Below, piece after piece: positions 1-9,617 of a stretch of 25,758 bases of DNA; within the stretch, counting starts at the first letter, position 1, and the number at the start of each line of letters is the position of its first letter. Made by a program: the position numbers and the translations under genes. Below the pieces are notes generated by a model. The model was given only the letters and a program-made list of their open reading frames with translations. It did no database searches and had not been told where the DNA came from. The DNA comes from Nocardioidaceae bacterium (GTDB lineage: Bacteria; Actinomycetota; Actinomycetes; Propionibacteriales; Nocardioidaceae), in the NCBI GenBank assembly GCA_013696065.1, contig JACCZJ010000141.1, positions 1-25,758 of the forward strand, read 5' to 3'.

Positions 1-376
1 CTACCACGTCTGGTCCCGTCAAGATGTTGCCCTGGATGGCGTAGCCCGGTCCGGTGACACCGCCAGCCCAGTGCAAGCAATCCTCCCCGCTGAAGGTGGC
101 CGCTTGCCCCGTGGCGTCAACGATGCCGACTTGGCGAGACTCCCGCTCGACGTCATCGGCAAGCAGCGCCTCCAGCGTCGCGGTGGCGGACCTGCCCGCC
201 ACCATCATGGCCACGCTGTCGCGCTTGTACAGCGTGTTGCAGAAAGACTGGGTGGCGATGGCGCCGGCGCCCATTCGTGCCGCGGGCACAGCCGCTCCCA
301 CGGCCAGGAATTTGGACGCGACAGCGACCCCCAGGCTGCGCCCGTCCTCGCTGCGGGCCACGATCGAAAAGGTCAT
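1..376 (-). CDS. DUF1028 family protein (Ntn-hydrolase superfamily, COG3342-like), 3' end truncated by window edge
   Basis: Not in the ORF track. Manual minus-strand translation from ATG at 376 gives MTFSIVARSEDGRSLGVAVASKFLAVGAAVPAARMGAGAIATQSFCNTLY...RQVGIVDATGQAATFSGEDCLHWAGGVTGPGYAIQGNILTGPDVV, which carries the family hallmarks MTFSI, GVAVAS, ATQS, RQVG and QGNIL. Start overlaps the upstream stop (ATGA at 373-376). Confidence 0.9.
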   Translation of the reverse strand, partial: MTFSIVARSEDGRSLGVAVASKFLAVGAAVPAARMGAGAIATQSFCNTLYKRDSVAMMVAGRSATATLEALLADDVERESRQVGIVDATGQAATFSGEDCLHWAGGVTGPGYAIQGNILTGPDVV

Positions 377-1320
377 GTACTCAGCCTTTCTCTCACTCTT
401 TCCCGGGTGCCGAGCAGCATCCAGGTCGCGGTTGCGCTGACCAGCGCTGCCCCCAGCAAGTGGGTCCCCACAAGCAGCACAGGCAGGCCCGTAAAGTACT
501 GGACGAAACCCACGAGGCCTTGTGCCACCTCCACGACAAGCAACCAGACCGCTGCGCGCTGAGCCCGCTGCGGCGCATTCACGGCCCGAAACACCAACAA
601 CGTGGCGGTGGTGAGCCCGACGAGCAAGAACACGAGGTCGGCGTGGATCTGGCTGACCAGGGCAGGCCGCAGCCCGTTTCGCGCTGCGTCTGCATCGCCC
701 GCGTGCGGGCCGGCACCGGTGACGACCGTGCCGACATACAGGACCAGCCAGCTGACGGCGAACGTCAACTGCGCCAACCGCCGCACGGCAGGCGGAACCG
801 TCGGCTGAGCGGGTGCGTCGGCTTCGTCGAGACGGTGGATGAAGAGCACCGCCACCCCGATCATCGCCATCGACAGCAGCAAGTGCAGCGACACCGTCCA
901 GGGATTGAGGTCGGTCAACACGGTGACCCCACCGATCAAGGCTTGCGCTGGAATCCCGACGGCGAGAACTGTGGCCAGTCGCCGCAGGGACGAGCGCCGC
1001 GGTTGGTAGCGCATCGCTGCGACCCAGGTGGCGATGGCGACAGCTGCCAGGACTCCGGTGAGCATGCGGTTGCCGAACTCGATGGCCCCGTGCCAGCCCA
1101 GCTCACTCTGCACGACGAAAGACTCGTCGGTGCATCGAGGCCAGGTGGGGCAGCCCAGTCCCGACGAGGTGAGCCGCACGGCTCCTCCCGTCACCACGAT
1201 CGCGATGTTGGCCACCAGGGATGCCACCGCCAGACGCTTGAGAGTCCGGTGGGTAACCGGGGAGTCATCCGGCGGGGTGCTTGGCGTGCTCCGGACGACC
1301 GGCTGCCGATGCTGCGTCAT
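373..1320 (-). CDS. ctaA: COX15/CtaA-family heme A synthase-like membrane protein
   Basis: Motifs GGAVRLTSSGLGCPTWPRC, IEFGNR, SLHLL, GAGPHAGD and THLLG plus about 8 hydrophobic segments. Start placed at MTQHRQ (ATG 1320) behind a GGGAGG RBS. Confidence 0.88.
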   Translation of the reverse strand: MTQHRQPVVRSTPSTPPDDSPVTHRTLKRLAVASLVANIAIVVTGGAVRLTSSGLGCPTWPRCTDESFVVQSELGWHGAIEFGNRMLTGVLAAVAIATWVAAMRYQPRRSSLRRLATVLAVGIPAQALIGGVTVLTDLNPWTVSLHLLLSMAMIGVAVLFIHRLDEADAPAQPTVPPAVRRLAQLTFAVSWLVLYVGTVVTGAGPHAGDADAARNGLRPALVSQIHADLVFLLVGLTTATLLVFRAVNAPQRAQRAAVWLLVVEVAQGLVGFVQYFTGLPVLLVGTHLLGAALVSATATWMLLGTRERVRERLST

Positions 1321-1333
1321 CCGAGCCTCCCGG

Positions 1334-2149
1334 TCACTCCCACTTGAATGTTCTGATCGCCAAAGCGGTGCCGATGGCGGCCCATGCGCACAGCGCAACC
1401 GCCCGGGTCCAGACGAGCCCTTCGCCTCGTAGCACCTCGCGAAGACCCTCGGCCAAAGCGCCGGAGGGTAGGGACGTCGCGACGGCGCGGAGCGGGTCTG
1501 GATAAGACGCCGCGGGTATGACGACTGCCCCTACGACCAACAGCAACACATACACGAGGTTCGCCCCGGCCAGCGTCGCCTCGGCGCTCCAGGTGCCGGC
1601 CATCAACATGCCGAGCGAGGCGAAACTCACCGTGCCGATCAGGACGAGCACGCAGGCAGCGAGTGCAGCGGTGAGCCCACCCTCGGGGTTCCAACCCAAG
1701 GCCAGCCCCACGCCGCCGATGGCAGCAAGTTGAACGGCCTCCATGCCAAGCAGCGAGACGACCTTGCCGGTCAGGAGTCCGGTGCGAGACAGCGGGGAGG
1801 CACCGAGGCGCTTGAGCACTCCATATCGGCGTTCGTATGCCGTCGCGATCGCCAACGAGGTGAATGCAGCTGACATGACGGCGAGCGCCATCACGCCCGG
1901 AGTCAACACGTCGATACGCCGACCGGGCCCCAGATCGACGACGCCGCCGGCCTTGGCCACGCCCACGAGGAGCAGGAGCGGGATCACCAGCGCCAGCAGC
2001 ACCTGCTCGCCGTTACGCAGCAAGAGTCTCGTCTCCATCAACGCGTGTGAACGCACCATCGCCCAGGCAGGGGCCGAGCCAGGCGCCGGCCTCAGATCCA
2101 GCCTGGTGATGGCTTGAATCGAAGCGTCGACTCCAGGGCGGTCACTCAT
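1334..2149 (-). CDS. ABC-2 type transporter permease
   Basis: About 6 TM segments and motifs FTSLAIATAYERRYGVLKRLGASPL and LPSGALAEGLR. Start MSDRPG overlaps the ATPase stop (TGATG at 2147-2151). Confidence 0.9.
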   Translation of the reverse strand: MSDRPGVDASIQAITRLDLRPAPGSAPAWAMVRSHALMETRLLLRNGEQVLLALVIPLLLLVGVAKAGGVVDLGPGRRIDVLTPGVMALAVMSAAFTSLAIATAYERRYGVLKRLGASPLSRTGLLTGKVVSLLGMEAVQLAAIGGVGLALGWNPEGGLTAALAACVLVLIGTVSFASLGMLMAGTWSAEATLAGANLVYVLLLVVGAVVIPAASYPDPLRAVATSLPSGALAEGLREVLRGEGLVWTRAVALCAWAAIGTALAIRTFKWE

Positions 2150-3102
2150 CAGCGCAGTTCCTTGCCGGTGAGCGCCAAGAACACGTCCTCGAGGGTGTGT
2201 CGCTCTACGTTGAGCTGGCCAGGCATCACCTCTCGCTTCGCACACCAGGTCGTGATGGCGGACAACATCTGGGGACTGACCCGGCCTCGCACCGCATAGC
2301 GTCCCGGCCTCTCCTCGCGCACCTCACACTCGGGTGGCAGGGCGGCGAGGAGGTCCGCCGTATCCAGGCCGCTGGGCGCTTCGAACGTGATCAGCCCACG
2401 AGCGCCAGCCGCCATCAGCTGTGCCGGTGACCCGGCTGCCACCACCTGGCCGGAATCCACGACATACACATCGCTGGCCAGTCGCTCCACCTCCTCCATG
2501 TAATGCGTGGTGAGAACCACGGTGACACCAGCTGCCGACAGTTCCCCGATCAGGTCCCAGGCGGCACGTCGCGCCTGTGGATCGAGGCCGGAGGTGGGTT
2601 CATCGAGGAAGACCAGCTCAGGGCGCCCAATGATCGCCATCGCCAGGCGGAGTCGTTGCTGTTGGCCGCCACTCAGCCGTCGATACGGGGTTCGGCCGCA
2701 CGCGCCGAGTCCGAGTCGCCCGACCACGGCGTCGATCGATTGTGGATTGGCATGGAGGCTGGCCACATATCGGAGCATCTCCTCTGCCCTCGAGCCTGAC
2801 CACGCGCCGCCCGCTTGCAACATGACCCCCACCCGCGGGGCGAGCGCACGATGTTGCGTCACCGGGTCCAGGCCGAGCACCGTAACCCGCCCAGACTGAG
2901 GGCGGCGATAGCCCTCGCATGTCTCCAGAGTGGTCGTCTTGCCCGCCCCATTGGGACCTAAGACCGCGGTGATGCTGCCCACCTCGACCGACATGGAGAG
3001 GCCGTCGACGGCCACCTTGTCGCCGTACCGCATGACCAGATTGGTGACCTCCACGGCGGCCTTGCCGCCCGTATCAAACCGAGGGAGCGAAGGAGGTTGC
3101 AC
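2149..3102 (-). CDS. ABC transporter ATP-binding protein (DrrA-like exporter ATPase)
   Basis: Walker A GPNGAGKTT, signature LSGGQ, Walker B VFLDEP and H-loop TTHY. The GTG start is supported by a -10 TAGACT 7 nt upstream. Confidence 0.93.
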   Translation of the reverse strand: MQPPSLPRFDTGGKAAVEVTNLVMRYGDKVAVDGLSMSVEVGSITAVLGPNGAGKTTTLETCEGYRRPQSGRVTVLGLDPVTQHRALAPRVGVMLQAGGAWSGSRAEEMLRYVASLHANPQSIDAVVGRLGLGACGRTPYRRLSGGQQQRLRLAMAIIGRPELVFLDEPTSGLDPQARRAAWDLIGELSAAGVTVVLTTHYMEEVERLASDVYVVDSGQVVAAGSPAQLMAAGARGLITFEAPSGLDTADLLAALPPECEVREERPGRYAVRGRVSPQMLSAITTWCAKREVMPGQLNVERHTLEDVFLALTGKELR

Positions 3103-3109
3103 AAGGCGA

Positions 3110-3115
3110 AGTCTA
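3110..3115 (-). promoter_or_regulatory. -10 element (TAGACT) of a probable leaderless promoter for the ABC/ctaA operon
   Basis: Matches the actinobacterial TANNNT -10 consensus and lies 7 nt before GTG 3102; no SD sequence. Confidence 0.65.
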
Positions 3116-3134
3116 GGGTCGCGAGCGCTGTGAG

Positions 3135-3164
3135 TTATCTCCCGCGTCGTGCGGCGGGAGATAA
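3135..3164. repeat. Perfect 11-bp inverted repeat TTATCTCCCGC-N8-GCGGGAGATAA in the divergent promoter region
   Basis: Read directly; arms at 3135-3145 and 3154-3164. Confidence 0.9.
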
Positions 3165-3175
3165 GGGTCTCCTTA
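3157..3175. promoter_or_regulatory. Candidate IdeR/DtxR iron box GGAGATAAGGGTCTCCTTA
   Basis: 13/19 matches to TWAGGTWAGSCTWACCTWA by manual alignment, containing a TAAGG-N4-CCTTA palindrome, about 38 nt upstream of the sufR start. Confidence 0.45.
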
Positions 3176-3199
3176 GTTGAATCGGGCTCACCAATTAAG

Positions 3200-3215
3200 A
3201 CACAATAGTGTTGTG
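3200..3215 (+). promoter_or_regulatory. sufR promoter -10 (CACAAT) overlapped by the inverted repeat CACAA-N5-TTGTG; candidate SufR operator
   Basis: Arms at 3201-3205 and 3211-3215 cover the -10 and the GTG start codon. A second repeat, ACAC-N4-GTGT, spans 3200-3211. Confidence 0.55.
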
Positions 3216-3950
3216 AAAACAGCGCGTCGAGAGAGAGCGAGCCGAGAGCCTGCTGTCGGCGCGTGCCTCGACCCTGCGCCGGCCTCCGCCGCCGATGATG
3301 CTCCGACCCGCGAGCGCGTCGCGAGTTCTATCCTCGAAAACGGTCCCTCCACGGCTGCCGCGCTGGCCAGTCGGCTCTCGCTGACGCCGGCAGCGGTTCG
3401 CCGCCACCTCGACCATCTGGTAACCGTGGGCGCGCTCGAAGCGCGTGAGCCGCGTACTTACGGTGCTCGGGGCCGAGGGCGGCCTGCCAAGGTCTTCATG
3501 CTGACCGAGTCAGGCCGCGACACCTTCGTGCAGGCGTACGACGACCTCGCCGCCTCCGCCCTGCGCTTCCTCAGAGAGTCCGGCGGACCCGAAGCGGTCG
3601 CCGACTTCGCCCGTCGTCGTACAGCCGAACTCGAAGAGCGCCATCGAGATGTCGTCACCGCAGCCGCGCCCCAAGACCGCGCGGCTGTGCTGGCAGCAGC
3701 CCTGACCAGGGACGGCTACGCCGCGTCGGTCCACACCGCGCCGACCGGCGAGCAGCTGTGCCAGCACCACTGCCCCGTCGCGCACGTAGCTGCGGAGTTT
3801 CCCCAGCTCTGCGAAGCCGAGACCGAAGTTTTCGCCCGCCTCCTCGGACGTCATGTCCAACGGTTGGCGACCATCGCTCATGGCGACGGTGTATGCACGA
3901 CTAATCTGCCCCACGTAGATTCCACCCCGATTGGGAGGACTCCCTCATGA
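3213..3950 (+). CDS. sufR: SufR, HTH transcriptional regulator of the suf operon with an Fe-S binding C-terminus
   Basis: HTH segment [22 protein letters not shown], and Cys motif CQHHCP...LCEAE...VCTT. First gene of the suf operon. Start placed at GTG 3213 (VKTARR), 6 nt after the -10; the ORF track start at 3177 is probably too long. Confidence 0.92.
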   Translation: MKTARRERASREPAVGACLDPAPASAADDAPTRERVASSILENGPSTAAALASRLSLTPAAVRRHLDHLVTVGALEAREPRTYGARGRGRPAKVFMLTESGRDTFVQAYDDLAASALRFLRESGGPEAVADFARRRTAELEERHRDVVTAAAPQDRAAVLAAALTRDGYAASVHTAPTGEQLCQHHCPVAHVAAEFPQLCEAETEVFARLLGRHVQRLATIAHGDGVCTTNLPHVDSTPIGRTPS

Positions 3951-5365
3951 CATCGATCGAGCAACTCAACCCCGAGCTCGAAGGCATCGGCCGCTACCAG
4001 TACGGCTGGTCCGATTCAGACCTGGCAGGCGCCACGGCGCAGCGGGGGCTCAATGAGTCGGTGGTGCGTGGCATCTCCGGCCTCAAGAGCGAGCCAGAGT
4101 GGATGCTCGACCTGCGCCTCAAGGGCCTCAAGCTCTTCGACCGCAAGCCGATGCCGGCCTGGGGTGCCGACCTCGACACCATCGACTTCGACAACATCAA
4201 ATACTTCGTGCGGTCGACCGAAAAGCAGGCCAACTCCTGGGAAGACCTCCCCGAAGACATCAAGAACACCTACGACAGGCTCGGCATCCCCGAGGCTGAA
4301 AAGCAGCGCCTCGTCGCTGGCGTGGCCGCGCAGTACGAGTCGGAGGTCGTCTACCACAAGATCCGCGAGGACCTCGAAGAGCAAGGAGTCCTCTTCCTCG
4401 ACACCGACACCGCCCTGCGTGAGCACGAGGACATCTTCAAGGAGTACTTCGGCTCGGTCATCCCGGTGGGTGACAACAAGTTCTCGGCTTTGAACACGGC
4501 TGTCTGGTCAGGTGGCTCGTTCATCTACGTGCCGAAGGGTGTGCACGTCGACATCCCGCTTCAGGCCTACTTCCGGATCAACACCGAGAACATGGGTCAG
4601 TTCGAGCGCACCTTGATCATCGTCGACGAGGACGCCTACGTGCACTACGTCGAGGGCTGCACCGCGCCCATCTACAGCTCCGACTCACTGCACTCCGCGG
4701 TCGTCGAGATCATCGTGAGAAAGGGTGGCCGCTGCCGCTATACGACCATCCAGAACTGGTCGAACAACGTCTACAACCTCGTCACCAAGCGCGCGACGTG
4801 TGATGCCGGCGCCACCATGGAGTGGGTCGATGGCAACATCGGCTCAAAGGTCACCATGAAATACCCGGCCGTCTACCTGCTCGGTGAGCACTCCAAGGGC
4901 GAGACCTTGTCGATCGCGTTCGCCGGTGAGGGCCAGCACCAAGACGCGGGCGCCAAGATGGTGCACGCTGCCCCCTACACATCGAGCTCGATCATCTCGA
5001 AATCGGTGGCGCGCGGTGGCGGTCGCACGTCATACCGCGGTCTCGTGCAGGTCGCTGACGGTGCGCACCACAGCGCCAGCACGGTGCGTTGTGACGCCCT
5101 GCTCGTCGACCAGATTAGCCGCAGCGACACCTACCCGTATGTCGACGTACGGGAAGACGACGTCTCCATGGGCCACGAGGCCACCGTGTCCAAGGTCAGT
5201 GACGACCAGCTCTTCTATCTGATGAGCCGGGGCATGGCCGAGGACGAGGCGATGGCGATGATCGTGCGCGGCTTCATCGAGCCGATCGCGCGTGAGCTGC
5301 CGATGGAGTACGCCCTCGAGCTGAACCGGCTCATTGAACTGCAAATGGAGGGGGCCGTTGGCTGA
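3947..5365 (+). CDS. sufB: Fe-S cluster assembly scaffold SufB (no intein)
   Basis: Motifs [28 protein letters not shown] and GHEATV; 472 aa. ATGA overlap with sufR. Confidence 0.98.
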   Translation: MTSIEQLNPELEGIGRYQYGWSDSDLAGATAQRGLNESVVRGISGLKSEPEWMLDLRLKGLKLFDRKPMPAWGADLDTIDFDNIKYFVRSTEKQANSWEDLPEDIKNTYDRLGIPEAEKQRLVAGVAAQYESEVVYHKIREDLEEQGVLFLDTDTALREHEDIFKEYFGSVIPVGDNKFSALNTAVWSGGSFIYVPKGVHVDIPLQAYFRINTENMGQFERTLIIVDEDAYVHYVEGCTAPIYSSDSLHSAVVEIIVRKGGRCRYTTIQNWSNNVYNLVTKRATCDAGATMEWVDGNIGSKVTMKYPAVYLLGEHSKGETLSIAFAGEGQHQDAGAKMVHAAPYTSSSIISKSVARGGGRTSYRGLVQVADGAHHSASTVRCDALLVDQISRSDTYPYVDVREDDVSMGHEATVSKVSDDQLFYLMSRGMAEDEAMAMIVRGFIEPIARELPMEYALELNRLIELQMEGAVG

Positions 5366-5489
5366 GGCGCCCCAGGGCGCCTCTATGCCAACGGCTCACG
5401 CACCTGGGCTGGCTGGGCTCAGCAACACTATGGATCCCTCAGACGAAGAGGATCTGTTGGCGCCCCCTGGCGGTGTGGGCGGCGCCTCA
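5363..5489. repeat. Structured palindromic element within the 198-nt sufB-sufD gap (REP/MITE-like or cis-acting RNA)
   Basis: Outer 9-bp inverted repeat TGAGGCGCC (5363-5371) / GGCGCCTCA (5481-5489). Internal hairpins at 5364-5383, 5433-5454 and 5459-5486. Confidence 0.65.
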
Positions 5490-5563
5490 ATGGTTGGAGG
5501 GTTCGTCCCACGCCTCTTGGCTTCCGCCGGAGTCGAGTCGCGATATAGAGAGAGTGGAGATCG

Positions 5564-6736
5564 TTGAGTAGCGACAATGTTGGACGGGCCGTGGAGACGG
5601 TGACGGTGAGTCATCTGCATCCGGTGCCGTCCTATGAACTCGCGAACCACCCGCTCCCGACCGGGCGCGAGGAGGTATGGCGGTTCACCCCGCTCAAGCG
5701 CCTGCGCGGCCTGCTCGACGGCAAACCATCCGACGCGCGCCTCAAGTGGGACGCCGATGTTCCCGAGGGCGTTATCGTGCGCGAGATCAGCGCAGACGAA
5801 GCTGCCGAGCTTGGCGAGACCAAGCCGACCGACCGACCGTCGGCTCTCGCCGTGGCAAACGGCGGCGACGCGGTGCTGGTCGACGTGCCAGCCGAGACAG
5901 AGCTCACCGAGCCGCTCATCGTCCGGCTGAGCGGCACCAACCCCGACGATGTGATCTGGGGCCACATCGTGGTGCGCATCGGCCGACACGCCAAGGCCAC
6001 GGTGGTCTTCGAGCACAACGGGAGCGCGATCTACAGCGCTACCACGTCAGTGGTGGTGGGTGAAGGCGCGAATCTCGACCTGGCGTCACTGCAACTGTGG
6101 GAAGACGACGCCGTCCACCTCGGACAGGTCGGCATCCGGGTCGGGAGGGACGCTCAGGTGCGGACCTTCCAAGCCAGTCTGGGCGGCGACCTCATCCGGA
6201 TCGTCGAGAACGTCGAGTACGACGGCCCCGGCGGCGACCTCAAGATGTACGGCCTCTACTTCGCTGACGCCGCCCAGCACATCGAGCACCGGCTCTTCGT
6301 CGACCACAACCAACCGCACACCAAGAGCAACGTCGTCTACAAGGGTGGACTCCAAGGCAAAGGCGCCCATTCGGTCTGGGTCGGCGATGTGCTGATCCGC
6401 AAGATCGCGGAAGGCATCGAGACCTATGAGACCAACCGCAATTTGGTCCTCACCGATGGGTGCCGCGCTGACTCGGTGCCGAACCTCGAGATCGAGACCG
6501 GCGAGATCGTGGGAGCCGGTCACGCTTCGGCCACCGGCCGCTTCGACGACGAGCAACTCTTCTACCTCCAGTCCCGCGGGATCACCTCCGACGAGGCTCG
6601 ACGCCTGGTAGTGCACGGGTTCTTCGCCGACATCGTCCGGCGCATCGGCATCCCCGAGATCGAGCAACGGCTGCTGGCAGCCGTCGAGCTTGAGCTCGAG
6701 CAGAACGTCGGGGCGCCCTTAGTCGGGGTCGCCTGA
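5564..6736 (+). CDS. sufD: Fe-S cluster assembly protein SufD
   Basis: Motifs GREEVWRFTPL, ADSVPNLEIETGEI, GHASATGRFDDEQLFYLQSRGI. TTG start behind a GGAG RBS. Confidence 0.96.
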   Translation: MSSDNVGRAVETVTVSHLHPVPSYELANHPLPTGREEVWRFTPLKRLRGLLDGKPSDARLKWDADVPEGVIVREISADEAAELGETKPTDRPSALAVANGGDAVLVDVPAETELTEPLIVRLSGTNPDDVIWGHIVVRIGRHAKATVVFEHNGSAIYSATTSVVVGEGANLDLASLQLWEDDAVHLGQVGIRVGRDAQVRTFQASLGGDLIRIVENVEYDGPGGDLKMYGLYFADAAQHIEHRLFVDHNQPHTKSNVVYKGGLQGKGAHSVWVGDVLIRKIAEGIETYETNRNLVLTDGCRADSVPNLEIETGEIVGAGHASATGRFDDEQLFYLQSRGITSDEARRLVVHGFFADIVRRIGIPEIEQRLLAAVELELEQNVGAPLVGVA

Positions 6737-7077
6737 TGGCTCCCTTCCAGCCCGCCTGCTCGGTAGACGACGTGCCGCCGGGAGGCGTGACGCCTGTCGT
6801 CCTCGACGGCGTCGAGGTGGCCATCGTCCGCGTCGATGATGGTGTCTATGCCATCCGTGACGAGTGCTCCCATGCCGCGATCGCGCTCAGCGAAGGCGAA
6901 GTCGATGCGGCCGGGTGTGAGATCGAGTGCTGGCTGCACGGTTCACGCTTCGACTTGCGCACTGGCAAGCCGACCAGCCTTCCGGCATACGAGCCGGTCC
7001 CTATCTATCCCTGCAAGATCGAGGGCGACACCATCGTCGTCGACCTCGAGAACCCGTTCAACGATTCGGAGAACTGA
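6736..7077 (+). CDS. Rieske-type [2Fe-2S] ferredoxin
   Basis: Rieske ligands CSH...CWLH, then GSRFDLRTG. TGATG overlap with sufD. Confidence 0.95.
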   Translation: MAPFQPACSVDDVPPGGVTPVVLDGVEVAIVRVDDGVYAIRDECSHAAIALSEGEVDAAGCEIECWLHGSRFDLRTGKPTSLPAYEPVPIYPCKIEGDTIVVDLENPFNDSEN

Positions 7078-7080
7078 TCG

Positions 7081-7839
<759 letters not shown>

Positions 7840-7890
7840 TCGGCCCGACCCGACCTCGGCACCTGAATTGATGAGAGGAGCAGACATCTG

Positions 7891-9165
7891 ATGACAGTGG
7901 AAACCACGGCCTTGCAGGGCTTGCTCGACGTCGAGCGGATCCGTGCTGACTTCCCCATCTTGGCCCGCCGACTCGATGGTGACCGGCCGCTCGTCTATCT
8001 CGACAGCGCCAACACCTCCCACAAGCCGCAGCAGGTCATCGACGCGCTGTCTGAGCACTATGCGATGCACAACGCCAACGTGGCCAGGGCCGTGCACCAG
8101 CTAGGCGCCGAGGCCACCGCCGCGTTCGAGGAGTCGCGCGACAAGGTGGCTGCGTTCATCGGGGCGCCGTCGCGCGACGAGGTGATCTTCACCAAGAACG
8201 CTTCTGAGGCACTCAACTTGGTCGCCAACACCCTGGCCTGGGCCCGCGGCGCGCTCGAGATCGGCGACGGTGACGAGGTCGTCATCACCGAGATGGAGCA
8301 CCACTCCAACATCGTGCCGTGGCAGCTGCTGACCGAGCGCAAGGGAGCAACGCTGCGCTGGTTCGGGCTGACCGACGAGGGGCGGCTCGATTTGTCCAAC
8401 ATCGACGAGTTGATCAACGAGCGGACCAAAGTGGTGTCGCTGACTTGGGTTTCCAACATGCTCGGCACCATCAACCCCATCGCCGAGATCGCCCGTCGGG
8501 CCCATGACGTGGGCGCGCTGGTGGTGGTGGACGCCTCTCAGGCAGTGCCCCAACTGCCGGTCGACGTAGCGGCGTTGGGCGCGGACTTAGTGGCTTTCAC
8601 CGGTCACAAGCTGGTCGGTCCGACCGGGATCGGCGTGCTTTGGGGGCGTAGTGAGGTCCTTGAGGCGCTCCCGCCGTTCCTGGGTGGGGGCGAGATGATC
8701 GAGACGGTCACCATGGCTCGCTCCACTTACGCGCAGGCGCCGCACAAGTTCGAAGCCGGCACTCCGCCGATAGCTCAAGCTGTCGGGCTCGGTGCCGCGA
8801 TCGACTATCTGTCGGCAATCGGCATGGCCAAGGTGGCGGCTCATGAGCAGGCCATCACGGCATACGCCTTGACCCGGCTGCGCGAGGTTGGCGGGTTGAC
8901 GATCCTCGGCCCAGCGGAGGCGGTCGACCGCGGTGGCGCCATCAGCTTCGAGCTCGAGGGCGTGCATCCGCATGACGTGAGTCAGATCCTCGACTCGCTG
9001 GGCATCGCCGTACGCGCTGGTCATCATTGCGCCAAGCCGGCCCATCACCGTTTCGGTGTGCAGTCGTCGACCCGCGCCTCCTTCTATCTCTACACCACGC
9101 CCGCCGAGGTGGATGCGTTGATCGAAGGGCTTGACCAGACCAAGCGCTTCTTCAAGGTGGCCTGA
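7891..9165 (+). CDS. sufS: Cysteine desulfurase SufS
   Basis: YLDSANTS, PLP lysine motif TGHK, FEAGT, and class II catalytic motif RAGHHCA. Confidence 0.97.
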   Translation: MTVETTALQGLLDVERIRADFPILARRLDGDRPLVYLDSANTSHKPQQVIDALSEHYAMHNANVARAVHQLGAEATAAFEESRDKVAAFIGAPSRDEVIFTKNASEALNLVANTLAWARGALEIGDGDEVVITEMEHHSNIVPWQLLTERKGATLRWFGLTDEGRLDLSNIDELINERTKVVSLTWVSNMLGTINPIAEIARRAHDVGALVVVDASQAVPQLPVDVAALGADLVAFTGHKLVGPTGIGVLWGRSEVLEALPPFLGGGEMIETVTMARSTYAQAPHKFEAGTPPIAQAVGLGAAIDYLSAIGMAKVAAHEQAITAYALTRLREVGGLTILGPAEAVDRGGAISFELEGVHPHDVSQILDSLGIAVRAGHHCAKPAHHRFGVQSSTRASFYLYTTPAEVDALIEGLDQTKRFFKVA

Positions 9166-9617
9166 TGGACCTGCAGGCGCTTTACCAAGAGATCATCCTC
9201 GACCACTACAAGAGTCCACACCACGCTGGTCTGCGAGAGCCTTTCGATGCAGAGGTCCACCACGTCAACCCCACCTGCGGTGACGAGGTCACGTTGCGGG
9301 TGCACGTCGAGGGCGACCTGGTCAGCGACATCTCCTATGACGCCGAGGGCTGCTCGATCTCGCAGGCTTCAACCTCGGTGCTGGCTGATCTCCTGATCGG
9401 TAAACGGATCGAGGATGCGAACGGGATCCATCAAAAGTTCGTCGAGCTGATGCAAGGACGTGGAAAAATAGAACCCGACGAGGACGTCCTCGAAGACGGG
9501 ATCGCGTTCGCTGGCGCGGCGAAGTTTCCGGCCCGCGTCAAGTGTGCGTTGCTCGGATGGATGGCATGGAAAGACGCGACGGCTCAAGCCGTCACTAGTG
9601 CGGAGGCAACCAGATGA
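9165..9617 (+). CDS. sufU: SufU sulfur-transfer protein (NifU N-terminal family)
   Basis: LYQEIILDHY, NPTCGDEV, GCSISQAS, RVKCALL. TGATG overlap with sufS. Confidence 0.96.
   Translation: MDLQALYQEIILDHYKSPHHAGLREPFDAEVHHVNPTCGDEVTLRVHVEGDLVSDISYDAEGCSISQASTSVLADLLIGKRIEDANGIHQKFVELMQGRGKIEPDEDVLEDGIAFAGAAKFPARVKCALLGWMAWKDATAQAVTSAEATR

Noticed and set aside
3947-5365. Intein in SufB, as found in some mycobacteria
   Set aside because: The protein is normal length (472 aa) with no splicing or homing-endonuclease motifs.
5385-5567. 60-aa ORF MPTAHAPG...SGDR in the sufB-sufD gap, whose TGA overlaps the sufD TTG
   Set aside because: No SD sequence, third-position GC far below that of neighbouring genes, no recognisable motif; the sequence is better explained by hairpins. 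Ribo-seq would be needed to exclude it completely.
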